NCBI GenBank assembly: GCA_965233865.1
Contig: OZ247587.1
Coordinates: 128,001 to 192,000, forward strand
Reading direction: 5' to 3'
Source of the DNA: Candidatus Neptunichlamydia sp.
GTDB taxonomy: Bacteria > Chlamydiota > Chlamydiia > Chlamydiales > Simkaniaceae
DNA: 64,000 nt
Shown: positions 53,570 to 62,038 of the stretch, piece by piece
How positions within the stretch are numbered: the stretch's first letter is position 1
Layout of the letters: each line of letters begins with the position of its first letter
The notes under the pieces: generated by a model
Told to the model about the DNA's origin: nothing
The model's database searches: none
The model's input: the letters and a program-made list of their open reading frames with translations, nothing else
Position numbers and translations under genes: made by a program

Positions 53570-54896
53570 GTCTCAAAAAGCAGAAGAATTATCAGCATTT
53601 AGAGCAATGAGAGATGGTCCTGGAAAAGGGTACTCCCCAGGTTTCTATGATAGAAATACTTCCTTAGAGCAGTTTGAAGAGCTTCTTAGAGAGCAAGAAT
53701 TTCAGAGAAGGCGCCAAGATCGCATGCAAGAGCTTTATAAAAAATCAAACGGTGGGTTAGGTCCTATTCCAATAAATCCTCAAGAAGAGATTAATTATGC
53801 AGGTAGATTTTATAGAGAAGGGGGAAGAAGCCGAACCGATTTAACTGATATTGGGATTGAAGACGGCGCGAATTTTTTACCCTCTGCTAATAGAGCTGGA
53901 AGAGGATTCCTTGAGGTGGAGGATATAGGGGAACAGCCTCAGCATCAAACTGCACCAGAATCATATTTTCTAAAAGCACTAGATCAGCACCCAAATAAAA
54001 GATATGCAGAGTTTGCAAGAAGAGGAGAATCCATCCACCGCGGAATGCAAGACACCGTAAGTCAAAATAAGCAAAGCCTAAAAGACGATGGAAGGTATCT
54101 ATATTCCGGAGTTCCTGATGAAGCTTACTTTGCTGGTGATGAAGGAATAGACACTTCAGGGTGGAAGAAAAGAACTGATATTGAAGGGGCAACAGGAAGT
54201 CTGAGCAAGAAACTCGAAGATCCACATACGCTAACTAATCATTACTTTGGAAAAGGACCTACAGGTAAATCGGTTGCTGCAGGATATGCTTTTAAGGAAG
54301 ATCATGAAGAAGGTCGAATGCCTGGAAAAATCACAAGAACGCTACTGACAGAAAACCAGCAATCAAGAACAGAAAAGGACCCAAAGCAAGAAAATGCTGT
54401 GATGTATAAAGAATATCCAGGTCTTTATCAAGGACTCAGAAACCAACGAGATTCGTGGCTTCCCATATTGCAAGCAACCTACAAAGATGATTCTGCTGAA
54501 GTAGCTCGCCTTCTAAAAAAACAAAAAAGCTACCCAATTGGAGCAGATCAAATTGTGTATCCAGGCAAGAATTTTCGAGCTGGTAACTCAGCTACTATGA
54601 GGCAAATGCTTGAAACAGACGATGACCTATCAGATAAAGGTTTTCTTGATGCGCTTCTTGATTCTGCTGAGGAAGACGAAGCCTTAATAAAAAAGGCTCA
54701 AAAACCAACCCTAGGAGACGCTTTGTCTCTTTTTCCAACTCCAGGCAGTGCTTATCAATCTTTAGTAAGCAGGCATGATCCTATAGGAGGGAAAACTGGG
54801 AGTAAATTCCTTGATGCTGATTCAATTGCTGTCCCTAGATCATCAGAGTTTGATTATTTACAGAAAAAACCCAGAGGAAGAAGGGGTAGCTCCTAA
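53562..54896 (+). CDS. Module 2 partner; putative ADP-ribosyltransferase-like effector
   Basis: Overlaps RING2 stop by 8 bp; YLYSG...EGID...HYFG...VAAGYA...GKITRTLL pattern. ORF is solid, function is tentative. Confidence 0.55.
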   Translation: MNRSQKAEELSAFRAMRDGPGKGYSPGFYDRNTSLEQFEELLREQEFQRRRQDRMQELYKKSNGGLGPIPINPQEEINYAGRFYREGGRSRTDLTDIGIEDGANFLPSANRAGRGFLEVEDIGEQPQHQTAPESYFLKALDQHPNKRYAEFARRGESIHRGMQDTVSQNKQSLKDDGRYLYSGVPDEAYFAGDEGIDTSGWKKRTDIEGATGSLSKKLEDPHTLTNHYFGKGPTGKSVAAGYAFKEDHEEGRMPGKITRTLLTENQQSRTEKDPKQENAVMYKEYPGLYQGLRNQRDSWLPILQATYKDDSAEVARLLKKQKSYPIGADQIVYPGKNFRAGNSATMRQMLETDDDLSDKGFLDALLDSAEEDEALIKKAQKPTLGDALSLFPTPGSAYQSLVSRHDPIGGKTGSKFLDADSIAVPRSSEFDYLQKKPRGRRGSS

Positions 54897-54995
54897 AGAT
54901 TAACTAAACTAGTTTAAATTCACACAAAATCTAACTAAAAGCATTTAACAACGTTCAATCGTGTTTAATCACATTTTAAGAGACTTTTCACTCCC

Positions 54996-55073
54996 GCAAT
55001 GCTTGCTAGAGAGTTTGTCATAAGAAGAGAGACTGTCTATCAGTACCTTAGGATAGATGTAAATTCTACTTAA
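54996..55073 (+). pseudogene. C-terminal HTH remnant of a second serine resolvase
   Basis: Translates AMLAREFVIRRETVYQYLRID, matching the LAREFGISRETLYQYLR-type HTH of Tn21-like resolvases. Confidence 0.7.
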
Positions 55074-55086
55074 GGTTATCCCAATT

Positions 55087-55350
55087 CTAGGATGACTTCT
55101 GCCTATTCACAAATCTATGCATCTCGAGCATCATGTCTTTGTAGTCATCAATCTCTGTGTCCGTTGAAGTATCTTTTAGATCTACAGGTTCGTAGAGACC
55201 TTCCTCTAGTTCGACGAAGCCTTGAGGAGGGGATTTATTACCGTTATCTTGTTTGATCATATCTCTAACCTCGGCGTGTTTATTGCTGTATATGAGAGCA
55301 AACATATCACAGCCTGGAATTACTGCATTGTAGGAGATCCTAATCTTCAA
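55087..55350 (-). CDS. Small acidic hypothetical protein, paralog of 51949-52134 (start uncertain)
   Basis: Shared C-terminal sequence; same position behind a resolvase 3' end. Confidence 0.5.
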   Translation of the reverse strand: MKIRISYNAVIPGCDMFALIYSNKHAEVRDMIKQDNGNKSPPQGFVELEEGLYEPVDLKDTSTDTEIDDYKDMMLEMHRFVNRQKSS

Positions 55351-55576
55351 AGGGACCCGGGACCTGGTGGTCGTCGCAAAGGGGGGTGACCCCTAAAAAG
55401 CATTCTTTTTTTATTGTTGATCAAGCTGATTTACGCACGAATGAAAAATTCAAAATACGTGTTATTCCTCTCATGATATACTCCCTGCATTTCTACATGA
55501 AAAGTTTTTTAAAAACACAAGAATTCATGCCACGATTCAGTGCAAAATGTGTTATAATAGACACAAGGAGAACAAG

Positions 55577-55984
55577 ATGAGCATATCAATCACACCAAAA
55601 AACAGCAATACCGTCGCAACACAAACAATGTCGATTGATGAATTGTTTGAAGAGAGATATAAAGAACGACAGACAAGAGATAGCAAGATTGTTGAAGAAC
55701 TAAGGCCTTTGTGCGAAGAACTACCTCCAGATGCTCTAGATCCTGTGACTATGGAGCCTTTTACACTAGAGAACATTCCATTAGTCTTCAAATGCGGGCA
55801 TGTATTTAATAAAGAGACAATTAAATCTCTAATCGCGAATAACCCTGAAAAAAATTCAGGAATATCATGTGCTGTCTGCAAAGAAAAAATTTTTAAAAAC
55901 CACATATCAGAATGCGTTCCTCTTGAGGGGTTAGTGGGACACAACAAAAAAATAAACAGAGTCTTTAAAAAATATGCCGAGTAA
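55577..55984 (+). CDS. Degenerate RING/U-box protein, module 3
   Basis: LDPVTMEP...KCGHVFNK...CAVCK; N-terminus MSISITPKNS. Confidence 0.85.
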   Translation: MSISITPKNSNTVATQTMSIDELFEERYKERQTRDSKIVEELRPLCEELPPDALDPVTMEPFTLENIPLVFKCGHVFNKETIKSLIANNPEKNSGISCAVCKEKIFKNHISECVPLEGLVGHNKKINRVFKKYAE

Positions 55985-56969
55985 TTATAGAAAAGAGCAG
56001 TTTGCTAGATATGATCCAGAAATGGGAGACCAGCCTATTGATATGGCAAAGTGGATGGCAACGCTTAGGGAATATTCACACAGGCCAGTACCTCCTCCAC
56101 CTCCTCGACCTACTTCAACTATCTATAAAACACCCATGCCTACAAAAAATGCACCGGACTATGATTCAGATGAGGAACCAAGTCGTAATATTGGTTTTCC
56201 CTATGGATATGATGCAAGCTTAGAGCTAGAAGACTCTAAAAAGAATTTATTCGATTCATTGAGTGGAGGAAAAGGAAGAGGGAGAGTTTCAGATTTAGAT
56301 TTGTTAATAGGTGACCGATCTCCAAGAAATAGAAACAGAATCCAAGGTTTAGAGTTACAGGATGAACCAGGAACACCATTCACAAACCCAGATGACTCTG
56401 AATATTACAAGAACGTAGCCTGGGGTCCTATTGCTGACCATGAAGATTATTCCTCCAGACCGTTTGGAAGGTGGGTTACAGACGAGTATGGAAGTGACCA
56501 TAACAGCGAAAAAGGCTCAAAACCAAAGACGATGAACTGTGCTGAAGGGGTTTGCTATGACTTAATCTCAAGAGGCAAGCTGAAAAAAGAAGAAGTACAA
56601 GAACGCCTTCAAAGAGCTACAGAACCTGGAAAATACAGCCTTTCCTATGGTGAAAGGCTTATAGATGTTTTAAATCCTCCTGGAAATCGTGGCGAAATCG
56701 ACTATAATAAATTACAAGACTTTGATCTTCCAGATGGGACAACTGTTTTTGCCAATGAAGACAGGCCAGAAGACCATGTTTTTATAACGAGAAAAGGAAA
56801 TAATTACCCAGTACGCTCTCTTTGGAGCTCAGTAAAAGGCGATGGGAAATTCTCAAAAAGCTGGTTAGAAGATGTGATGAAGACATTTCAAGGAATTCAA
56901 GAGAATGATGAAAGGGGAGAACAGATACAACCAACTAGGCTAGGCTATAACACAGCTTTTGCAGGTTAA
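55974..56969 (+). CDS. Module 3 partner; Pro-rich N-terminus, putative papain-like Cys-His domain
   Basis: Overlaps RING3 stop by 11 bp; PVPPPPPRP; MNCAEGV...DHVFI. Function is tentative. Confidence 0.55.
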   Translation: MPSNYRKEQFARYDPEMGDQPIDMAKWMATLREYSHRPVPPPPPRPTSTIYKTPMPTKNAPDYDSDEEPSRNIGFPYGYDASLELEDSKKNLFDSLSGGKGRGRVSDLDLLIGDRSPRNRNRIQGLELQDEPGTPFTNPDDSEYYKNVAWGPIADHEDYSSRPFGRWVTDEYGSDHNSEKGSKPKTMNCAEGVCYDLISRGKLKKEEVQERLQRATEPGKYSLSYGERLIDVLNPPGNRGEIDYNKLQDFDLPDGTTVFANEDRPEDHVFITRKGNNYPVRSLWSSVKGDGKFSKSWLEDVMKTFQGIQENDERGEQIQPTRLGYNTAFAG

Positions 56970-56986
56970 ACCCCAAGGAGAACAAT

Positions 56987-57523
56987 ATGTCAGCCATAGC
57001 AAGTATTCAGAACAACACTATTTACTTTGAACAGTTCGTCCGAGATCAGCTTAAAACACAAGAATCCGAAATGCGAGCAGAATTAAAAGATCGAGAGATT
57101 GAAATACGCGAAATGAAAGCTCAAAAAACAATGAACGATAGGATAGTTGAAGAGCTTAGGCCTTTATGTGAAGAATTGCCTGAATGTGCTTTAGATCCAG
57201 TGACGTATGAACCAATTAAAACACCTCTAGTGATGAGATGCGGACATACGTTAAGCTCTAAAACAGCAGGAACTTTGGCCAATGCAAAAGGCTTAAAAAA
57301 ATACGATAAAATACCATGCCCTTTGTGTCGAACGGAAACAATAGGCGCATGTTTTATATACGAGCAGTCGTTTGAAGAAACAGTAGAACATCTTGAAAAA
57401 ATAACGAAAATATTTAAAAAAACGGTAAAAAATAATGAAGCACAACCGAAGAAGAAAACAGCAGCGCTTGAATCTCAGAACGAAAAAAAAGGGATCAAGA
57501 AGAGAAAATGTAGTTTACGTTGA
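56987..57523 (+). CDS. Degenerate RING/U-box protein, module 4
   Basis: LDPVTYEP...RCGHTLS...CPLCR; N-terminus MSAIASIQNN. Confidence 0.85.
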   Translation: MSAIASIQNNTIYFEQFVRDQLKTQESEMRAELKDREIEIREMKAQKTMNDRIVEELRPLCEELPECALDPVTYEPIKTPLVMRCGHTLSSKTAGTLANAKGLKKYDKIPCPLCRTETIGACFIYEQSFEETVEHLEKITKIFKKTVKNNEAQPKKKTAALESQNEKKGIKKRKCSLR

Positions 57524-58572
57524 TTCTCAAAAAAAGAAAAATGCTGGCTACGTAGATCCGGAATACGTCGAATCAACTCGTCAGCGATCTCTGCCTTTTC
57601 TTGATGGTGGTGCAGCGTCAAATGTGTTTCTGGAAGATATTGAATCTAGTTCAACAAGGGAAACTTCCATTGATTCTGTGAGGACATCAAACTCTCTTTC
57701 AGACGTATTGACAGGTAAATATGAATCTTTATTTGACTTCACTGATGACTCTGAAGATAAAGACGCGATTATGGAAGATGCAAGAATAGCATCTAAGGGA
57801 GCTCCAAGTTATTTTAAAGTTTTACTGGATGACATAGAAAAACATCAAAAATCAAAGCTACCATTCTCGCACAGTAATAGGTTTGGTTTCGGAGTTAAGC
57901 AAGGAGCAGATGGACAATTCGAGCAAAAAGACATGGTTACTGGATACGGAACGGAGCCCTTACATCATCTAGAGATATACGAACCTCCTGGAAAGAAGGG
58001 ACCATTTACTCAATCACAACTTAATAGCGGTGAACTTTTATTTCCTAGTGACGAGGAAGAATCAGAAGATTCCACAAGAATGCGTCATGATTATGAAGGA
58101 CGTACGTTCTATGGTAAACAACCAAGAACTGTAGATGACTTGCTTCATGAACACGGCCACCAAAGATCTTCAAGAGTCCATAAACAGAAGATCTATTCCA
58201 TTGCCAATGATTCATCCATCTGGAATTCCAGCATTATATTCAGACCTAGAAGAGGCCAGAAATATAGAAAATGACGAGAATGCAGCTAGGAGAGAATTTG
58301 GTAAACGTCCTCGTCTCGGTCATATTGGAATAAATTCAGGTCTTGGGGAGGAAAACTTCCAAGACACAGTTGAAAACTATGCAAATCTCCATCCAGGTCA
58401 TATGTTGCGTGGGAAAGGGTTTATTAAATCAATAATTGAGGACGATTACCCCCAATTTGATGATGATGGAGAACAAGTAAATGAATCACTTCGAGATATT
58501 CTTATTGGACAAGGGCGCTTTGCAAATAGACCAGAATTATTTAACACCTTCAATAGTCACTTTGGAACTTGA
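57435..58572 (+). pseudogene. Module 4 partner; NleD/M91-like zinc metalloprotease, frameshifted
   Basis: LLHEHGH in the first frame; after a shift near 58161 it continues KDLQ...LEEARN..NDENAARREFGKRPRLGH. Confidence 0.65.
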
Positions 58573-58815
58573 TATTTTTCGTAAACTTTAACTAAATTCA
58601 CATTAAAACCTTCCAAATCCCAACTAATTATACTTAAACACGCATATTCTCATTTAATCACGTTTTAAGCTGATTTATCTTCTCGCAATCCCAACACAAC
58701 TCTAAGTCTCCAACAGCGCAACACAGCGCAAATCTGAGCCTTGTTTTTTGGAGATCTCCCCAAAATTTCTCTTTGTGTTAATCTTTCACCCAAAACAAAA
58801 TAAAAGGCCCCTCTT

Positions 58816-59556
58816 ATGACAAATCTAGCAATACAAATGGTCTCAAGCCTTCAGAAAAACATTCCTAATATCGAAAAGTCTCTCTCTCATAAATTCAACG
58901 ATACGGATCTACTAACAAGAGCATTTATGGACTCTAGCTTTCCTTTGGTGGGGATGGTCAGCGACGACGGAGAAACCAATGAAGATTTCGTATGGCGTGG
59001 AAACTATCTTTTGCAGCTTGCTATCGCAGACTATATCGAAGCGAACCATCACTCTGCAGACAAGTCCATAAAAAACACCATGCTAACGAAGCATATTAGC
59101 AACGATGCTTGTGTTAAGTACATCGACAAACTTCAGGTTTTTAATCACTACCTATATCAATGCCCTCATGGCTTAATCAACCCAGATGCACAGATCGCTC
59201 CATTCAAAGGAAAATGTTTTAAGGCAATCCTAACTGCTGTATATCTCGACGCTGGGAAATCTCTAGAGCCAATACACAACATGTTTCTTGATAAATTCAA
59301 TATTGAGCTGGAGGATTCCTTAGAATTCGCTGAAAAGAACTGGAAAAGCCTCTTGAATGAGTTTTGCCAAAAAAATCGTATGGGACAACTAATCTTCACA
59401 CTCGCAGAACGAAGCGGCCCTGATCATGCTCCAATGTTCAAAGTAAAATTAACCCTCAATGACGATAACCTCTCTACAGGAGAAAGCACCTCAAAAAAGC
59501 AAGCCGAGCAAATTGCTGCAAAGACAGCTTACGAAAAGCTTGTTCCTAAACCGTGA
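58816..59556 (+). CDS. RNase III homolog with dsRBD, catalytic residues substituted
   Basis: IEKSLSHKFND.DLLTRAF, NEDFVWRGN and FKAILTAVYLD; dsRBD NWKSLLNE..GPDHAPMF..SKKQAEQIAA. Confidence 0.88.
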   Translation: MTNLAIQMVSSLQKNIPNIEKSLSHKFNDTDLLTRAFMDSSFPLVGMVSDDGETNEDFVWRGNYLLQLAIADYIEANHHSADKSIKNTMLTKHISNDACVKYIDKLQVFNHYLYQCPHGLINPDAQIAPFKGKCFKAILTAVYLDAGKSLEPIHNMFLDKFNIELEDSLEFAEKNWKSLLNEFCQKNRMGQLIFTLAERSGPDHAPMFKVKLTLNDDNLSTGESTSKKQAEQIAAKTAYEKLVPKP

Positions 59557-59599
59557 TTTATGGAAGTATCTTTCTTTTTTAAGAAGGAGAAGTGAGAGC

Positions 59600-60115
59600 T
59601 TGTCAGAGAAAACACAATCGCAACAAACAAGTCAGTTAATCAGCACCAAGCAAGCAGCGCAGATCATTGGCTGTTCTATAGATTTATTCAAAGGCTATCT
59701 TTCTAGAAGAGTTTTTCAACCAAGCAAGAAAGTAAGTGGCAAGAATTTCTACTGCGAAAAAACCATCCGAAATTTTGTCCCTCCGAGTAGAGTCAAGAAA
59801 AGCAAGCCTCTTTCTAATAAATCAAGCACGGTTGATAGTATTGACATCGTTGACATGCGCGACATCATCAAACGGTGGCAAACATCTCCTCAGGACAATG
59901 CTTCATGCGACGTGGAAATTGGCGTATATACCGAAAAAATTCAAAGATTAGAAATAGACATGCATGGCGTTGATAAAGAAACTAAGGAGTTCTTAAGCAT
60001 GAGAGCGCTCTTAGTAAGATATGTCTTTGCAAGAAGAAAGCTCTTAAATTATCTACAAAAAGCTCACTTTGGAAGGTACCTCAAGGCCATAAGGATGATT
60101 AATAGCGAAGTTTAA
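59600..60115 (+). CDS. HTH DNA-binding domain fused to a ribosomal protein S15-like domain
   Basis: LISTKQAAQIIGCS HTH; DNASCDVEIGVYTEKI...RRKLLNYLQK..GRY S15 pattern; TTG start behind AAGGAG. Confidence 0.75.
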   Translation: MSEKTQSQQTSQLISTKQAAQIIGCSIDLFKGYLSRRVFQPSKKVSGKNFYCEKTIRNFVPPSRVKKSKPLSNKSSTVDSIDIVDMRDIIKRWQTSPQDNASCDVEIGVYTEKIQRLEIDMHGVDKETKEFLSMRALLVRYVFARRKLLNYLQKAHFGRYLKAIRMINSEV

Positions 60116-60126
60116 AAGGATAAAGC

Positions 60127-60471
60127 ATGGATATATTCGTAAAAAACCTCCCCTTAAGCGTAACATCATCTCAACTCAAAGAACTCTTCAGCATATATGG
60201 AAAAGTATTGTCCGCAAAAGTCATCGTAGATCATGAAACGCAAGTATCCCGTGGCTTTGGATTTGTTACAATGCTGGTAGATTCCGAAGCAAAACTAGCA
60301 ATCAGAAGACTTGATAGTGCAAATCTTGAAGGCAATATTATTATAGCCAAAGAAGCTCGTCCTAAAGTTGCGAAATCTATGAACTTCAGTAGTAGAGATT
60401 CTGTACTGCCAAGAAGTTTCAAACGACCAAAAGCATTGTCAGATAGAGCGCAATTCAAAGATTATGATTAG
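60127..60471 (+). CDS. RRM RNA-binding protein
   Basis: RNP2 IFVKNL, RNP1 RGFGFVTM and EARPK motifs. Confidence 0.92.
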   Translation: MDIFVKNLPLSVTSSQLKELFSIYGKVLSAKVIVDHETQVSRGFGFVTMLVDSEAKLAIRRLDSANLEGNIIIAKEARPKVAKSMNFSSRDSVLPRSFKRPKALSDRAQFKDYD

Positions 60472-60514
60472 AACTTACAACTAAAAATTTACAGTGGAGT
60501 AACAGGGTAAAAAA

Positions 60515-60955
60515 GTGACTCAAGAGAGCACAGTCGCAGAAACGGCAAAAGAGAGAATTAAACGAAAGAAAAAGGAAAAAGCTAATGAAGCACCATCCAC
60601 AGCTGAAGAGGCTTCAATTATGGAGGAAACAGAAGTCCTAGAGATTTATCCCTACAGCAAAGTGAAATCAAAGTGGATAGCTCAAAGCACAGTAAAAATC
60701 AAGGTGCCGCATGTTGGGATAGAGCTTCGTAATATCGTCTATAGTATTTCCAAGGATCATAGAGTAAAAGTGCAGCCTCCCTTTAGATATTACAAATTTG
60801 CTGAAGAGCTTGATAAAGCTGATGCCTATGTTGAAAGCATTAAATTCTTGAATAGACCAACCTGGAAAGAAGCTGTTAAAAAGATCAAAAAAGAAGCCCT
60901 AGATCATCATAGAAATGAGCTTCCTGAGATAGAAAATTCTTCAGAGAGTAAATAG
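60515..60955 (+). CDS. Hypothetical protein, possibly SpoVG-like nucleic-acid-binding fold
   Basis: IAQSTVKI...IELRNI...KVQPP...YVESIKF followed by a C-terminal helix. Confidence 0.5.
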   Translation: MTQESTVAETAKERIKRKKKEKANEAPSTAEEASIMEETEVLEIYPYSKVKSKWIAQSTVKIKVPHVGIELRNIVYSISKDHRVKVQPPFRYYKFAEELDKADAYVESIKFLNRPTWKEAVKKIKKEALDHHRNELPEIENSSESK

Positions 60956-60977
60956 CAAAAGCTGATTGCTATTTTTT
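60951..60977 (+). terminator. Intrinsic terminator closing the 58816-60955 operon
   Basis: Stem AATAGCAA / TTGCTATT followed by a T-run. Confidence 0.6.
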
Positions 60978-61079
60978 GGGCATTCGTACAGAAATAAATC
61001 CTTCTGATCATCGAATCTTAGCTCTAAAGATTCCTGAAGTTTTTGTAGCATTTCATTATCAGTTAGCATGATAGATGTC

Positions 61080-61394
61080 TTAGTTCTCTTTGGGTTCTTC
61101 GTCTTTATTTTCCTCAAAGTGAAATACCTTCTTTGGGACTAGATACCCTTCAATCGTAGAGAGTCTTTGGCTTGTTTCATGTTTAAAGTCATCGATTCTT
61201 TGATTGATGTTTTTAACTTCAACTTCCATGGCAGTTAAACGGTTTTCTATGCCATTAAAGCGTGTGTTATTTTCTTTTTGATGAGACTCCATTTTTGTAT
61301 CAGTGTCTTTCTTATTTGCGTCTATTTTGTTCATCATGTAGATAAACCCACCAATGAAAACTCCTATAACAGTAAGTGCTTGCGTCCAGTCCAT
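61080..61394 (-). CDS. Small membrane-anchored coiled-coil protein
   Basis: MDWTQALTVIGVFIGGFIYMM TM segment followed by heptad repeats. Confidence 0.65.
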   Translation of the reverse strand: MDWTQALTVIGVFIGGFIYMMNKIDANKKDTDTKMESHQKENNTRFNGIENRLTAMEVEVKNINQRIDDFKHETSQRLSTIEGYLVPKKVFHFEENKDEEPKEN

Positions 61395-61584
61395 GATTAT
61401 CATCCATTGTTTTCGTCTAATTCTCATTTTATCCCTTTGTAGCTTTACCAGCAAATATAAATCCAGTAAACAGCAAGCGTTGAATTTTTATGAAACGAAG
61501 GTCTAAAATATTTTTGATTTTGAACGATTTCATTCAATGATTCCGTGCAGAGTATGTTATAATAAAGGTAAGAGGATAAACAAG

Positions 61585-62031
61585 ATGACAGCCATATTAA
61601 GCATTCAGAATAACACCATTTACTTTGAAAAATTTGTCAGACAGCAGCTCAAAACGCAAGAAAGCGAAGCACGAGCAGATCTAAAAGGTCGCGAAGCTGA
61701 AATGCGCGAAGTAAAAGCTCAAAAGACAATGAACGACAGGATAGTAGAAGAACTCAGGCCCTTATGCGAGGGACTTTACTCTTCATCTTTAGACCCAGTT
61801 TCATATGAACCGATACTAGATCCTTTTATATTTATATGCGGTCATACATTCAATAGAAATACAATTCTTGGGATTATACACCACCAAAATTTAGACCTGC
61901 ATAGGGGAAATATCAAATGTCCATCTTGTAGGACAATTTGTGAAATACAGAAATTATACCCATCAATTCCATTGGAAGAAATGTCAGAGAAAACAAAGAA
62001 AATTCATCAACTTTTGAATAAAACAGAGTAA
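61585..62031 (+). CDS. Degenerate RING/U-box protein, module 5
   Basis: LDPVSYEP...ICGHTFNR...CPSCR; N-terminus MTAILSIQNN. Confidence 0.85.
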   Translation: MTAILSIQNNTIYFEKFVRQQLKTQESEARADLKGREAEMREVKAQKTMNDRIVEELRPLCEGLYSSSLDPVSYEPILDPFIFICGHTFNRNTILGIIHHQNLDLHRGNIKCPSCRTICEIQKLYPSIPLEEMSEKTKKIHQLLNKTE

Positions 62032-62038
62032 ATATTAA

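Noticed and set aside
52186..57100. Repeats in the island as a CRISPR array
   Set aside because: The repeats are long gene and promoter duplications without regular repeat-spacer periodicity, and there are no cas genes
58816..59556. Calling this the housekeeping rnc gene
   Set aside because: Catalytic residues are missing and the context is accessory, so no gene symbol was assigned
59600..60115. Calling this rpsO
   Set aside because: It has an extra HTH domain, a divergent S15 motif and no rpsO-pnp context
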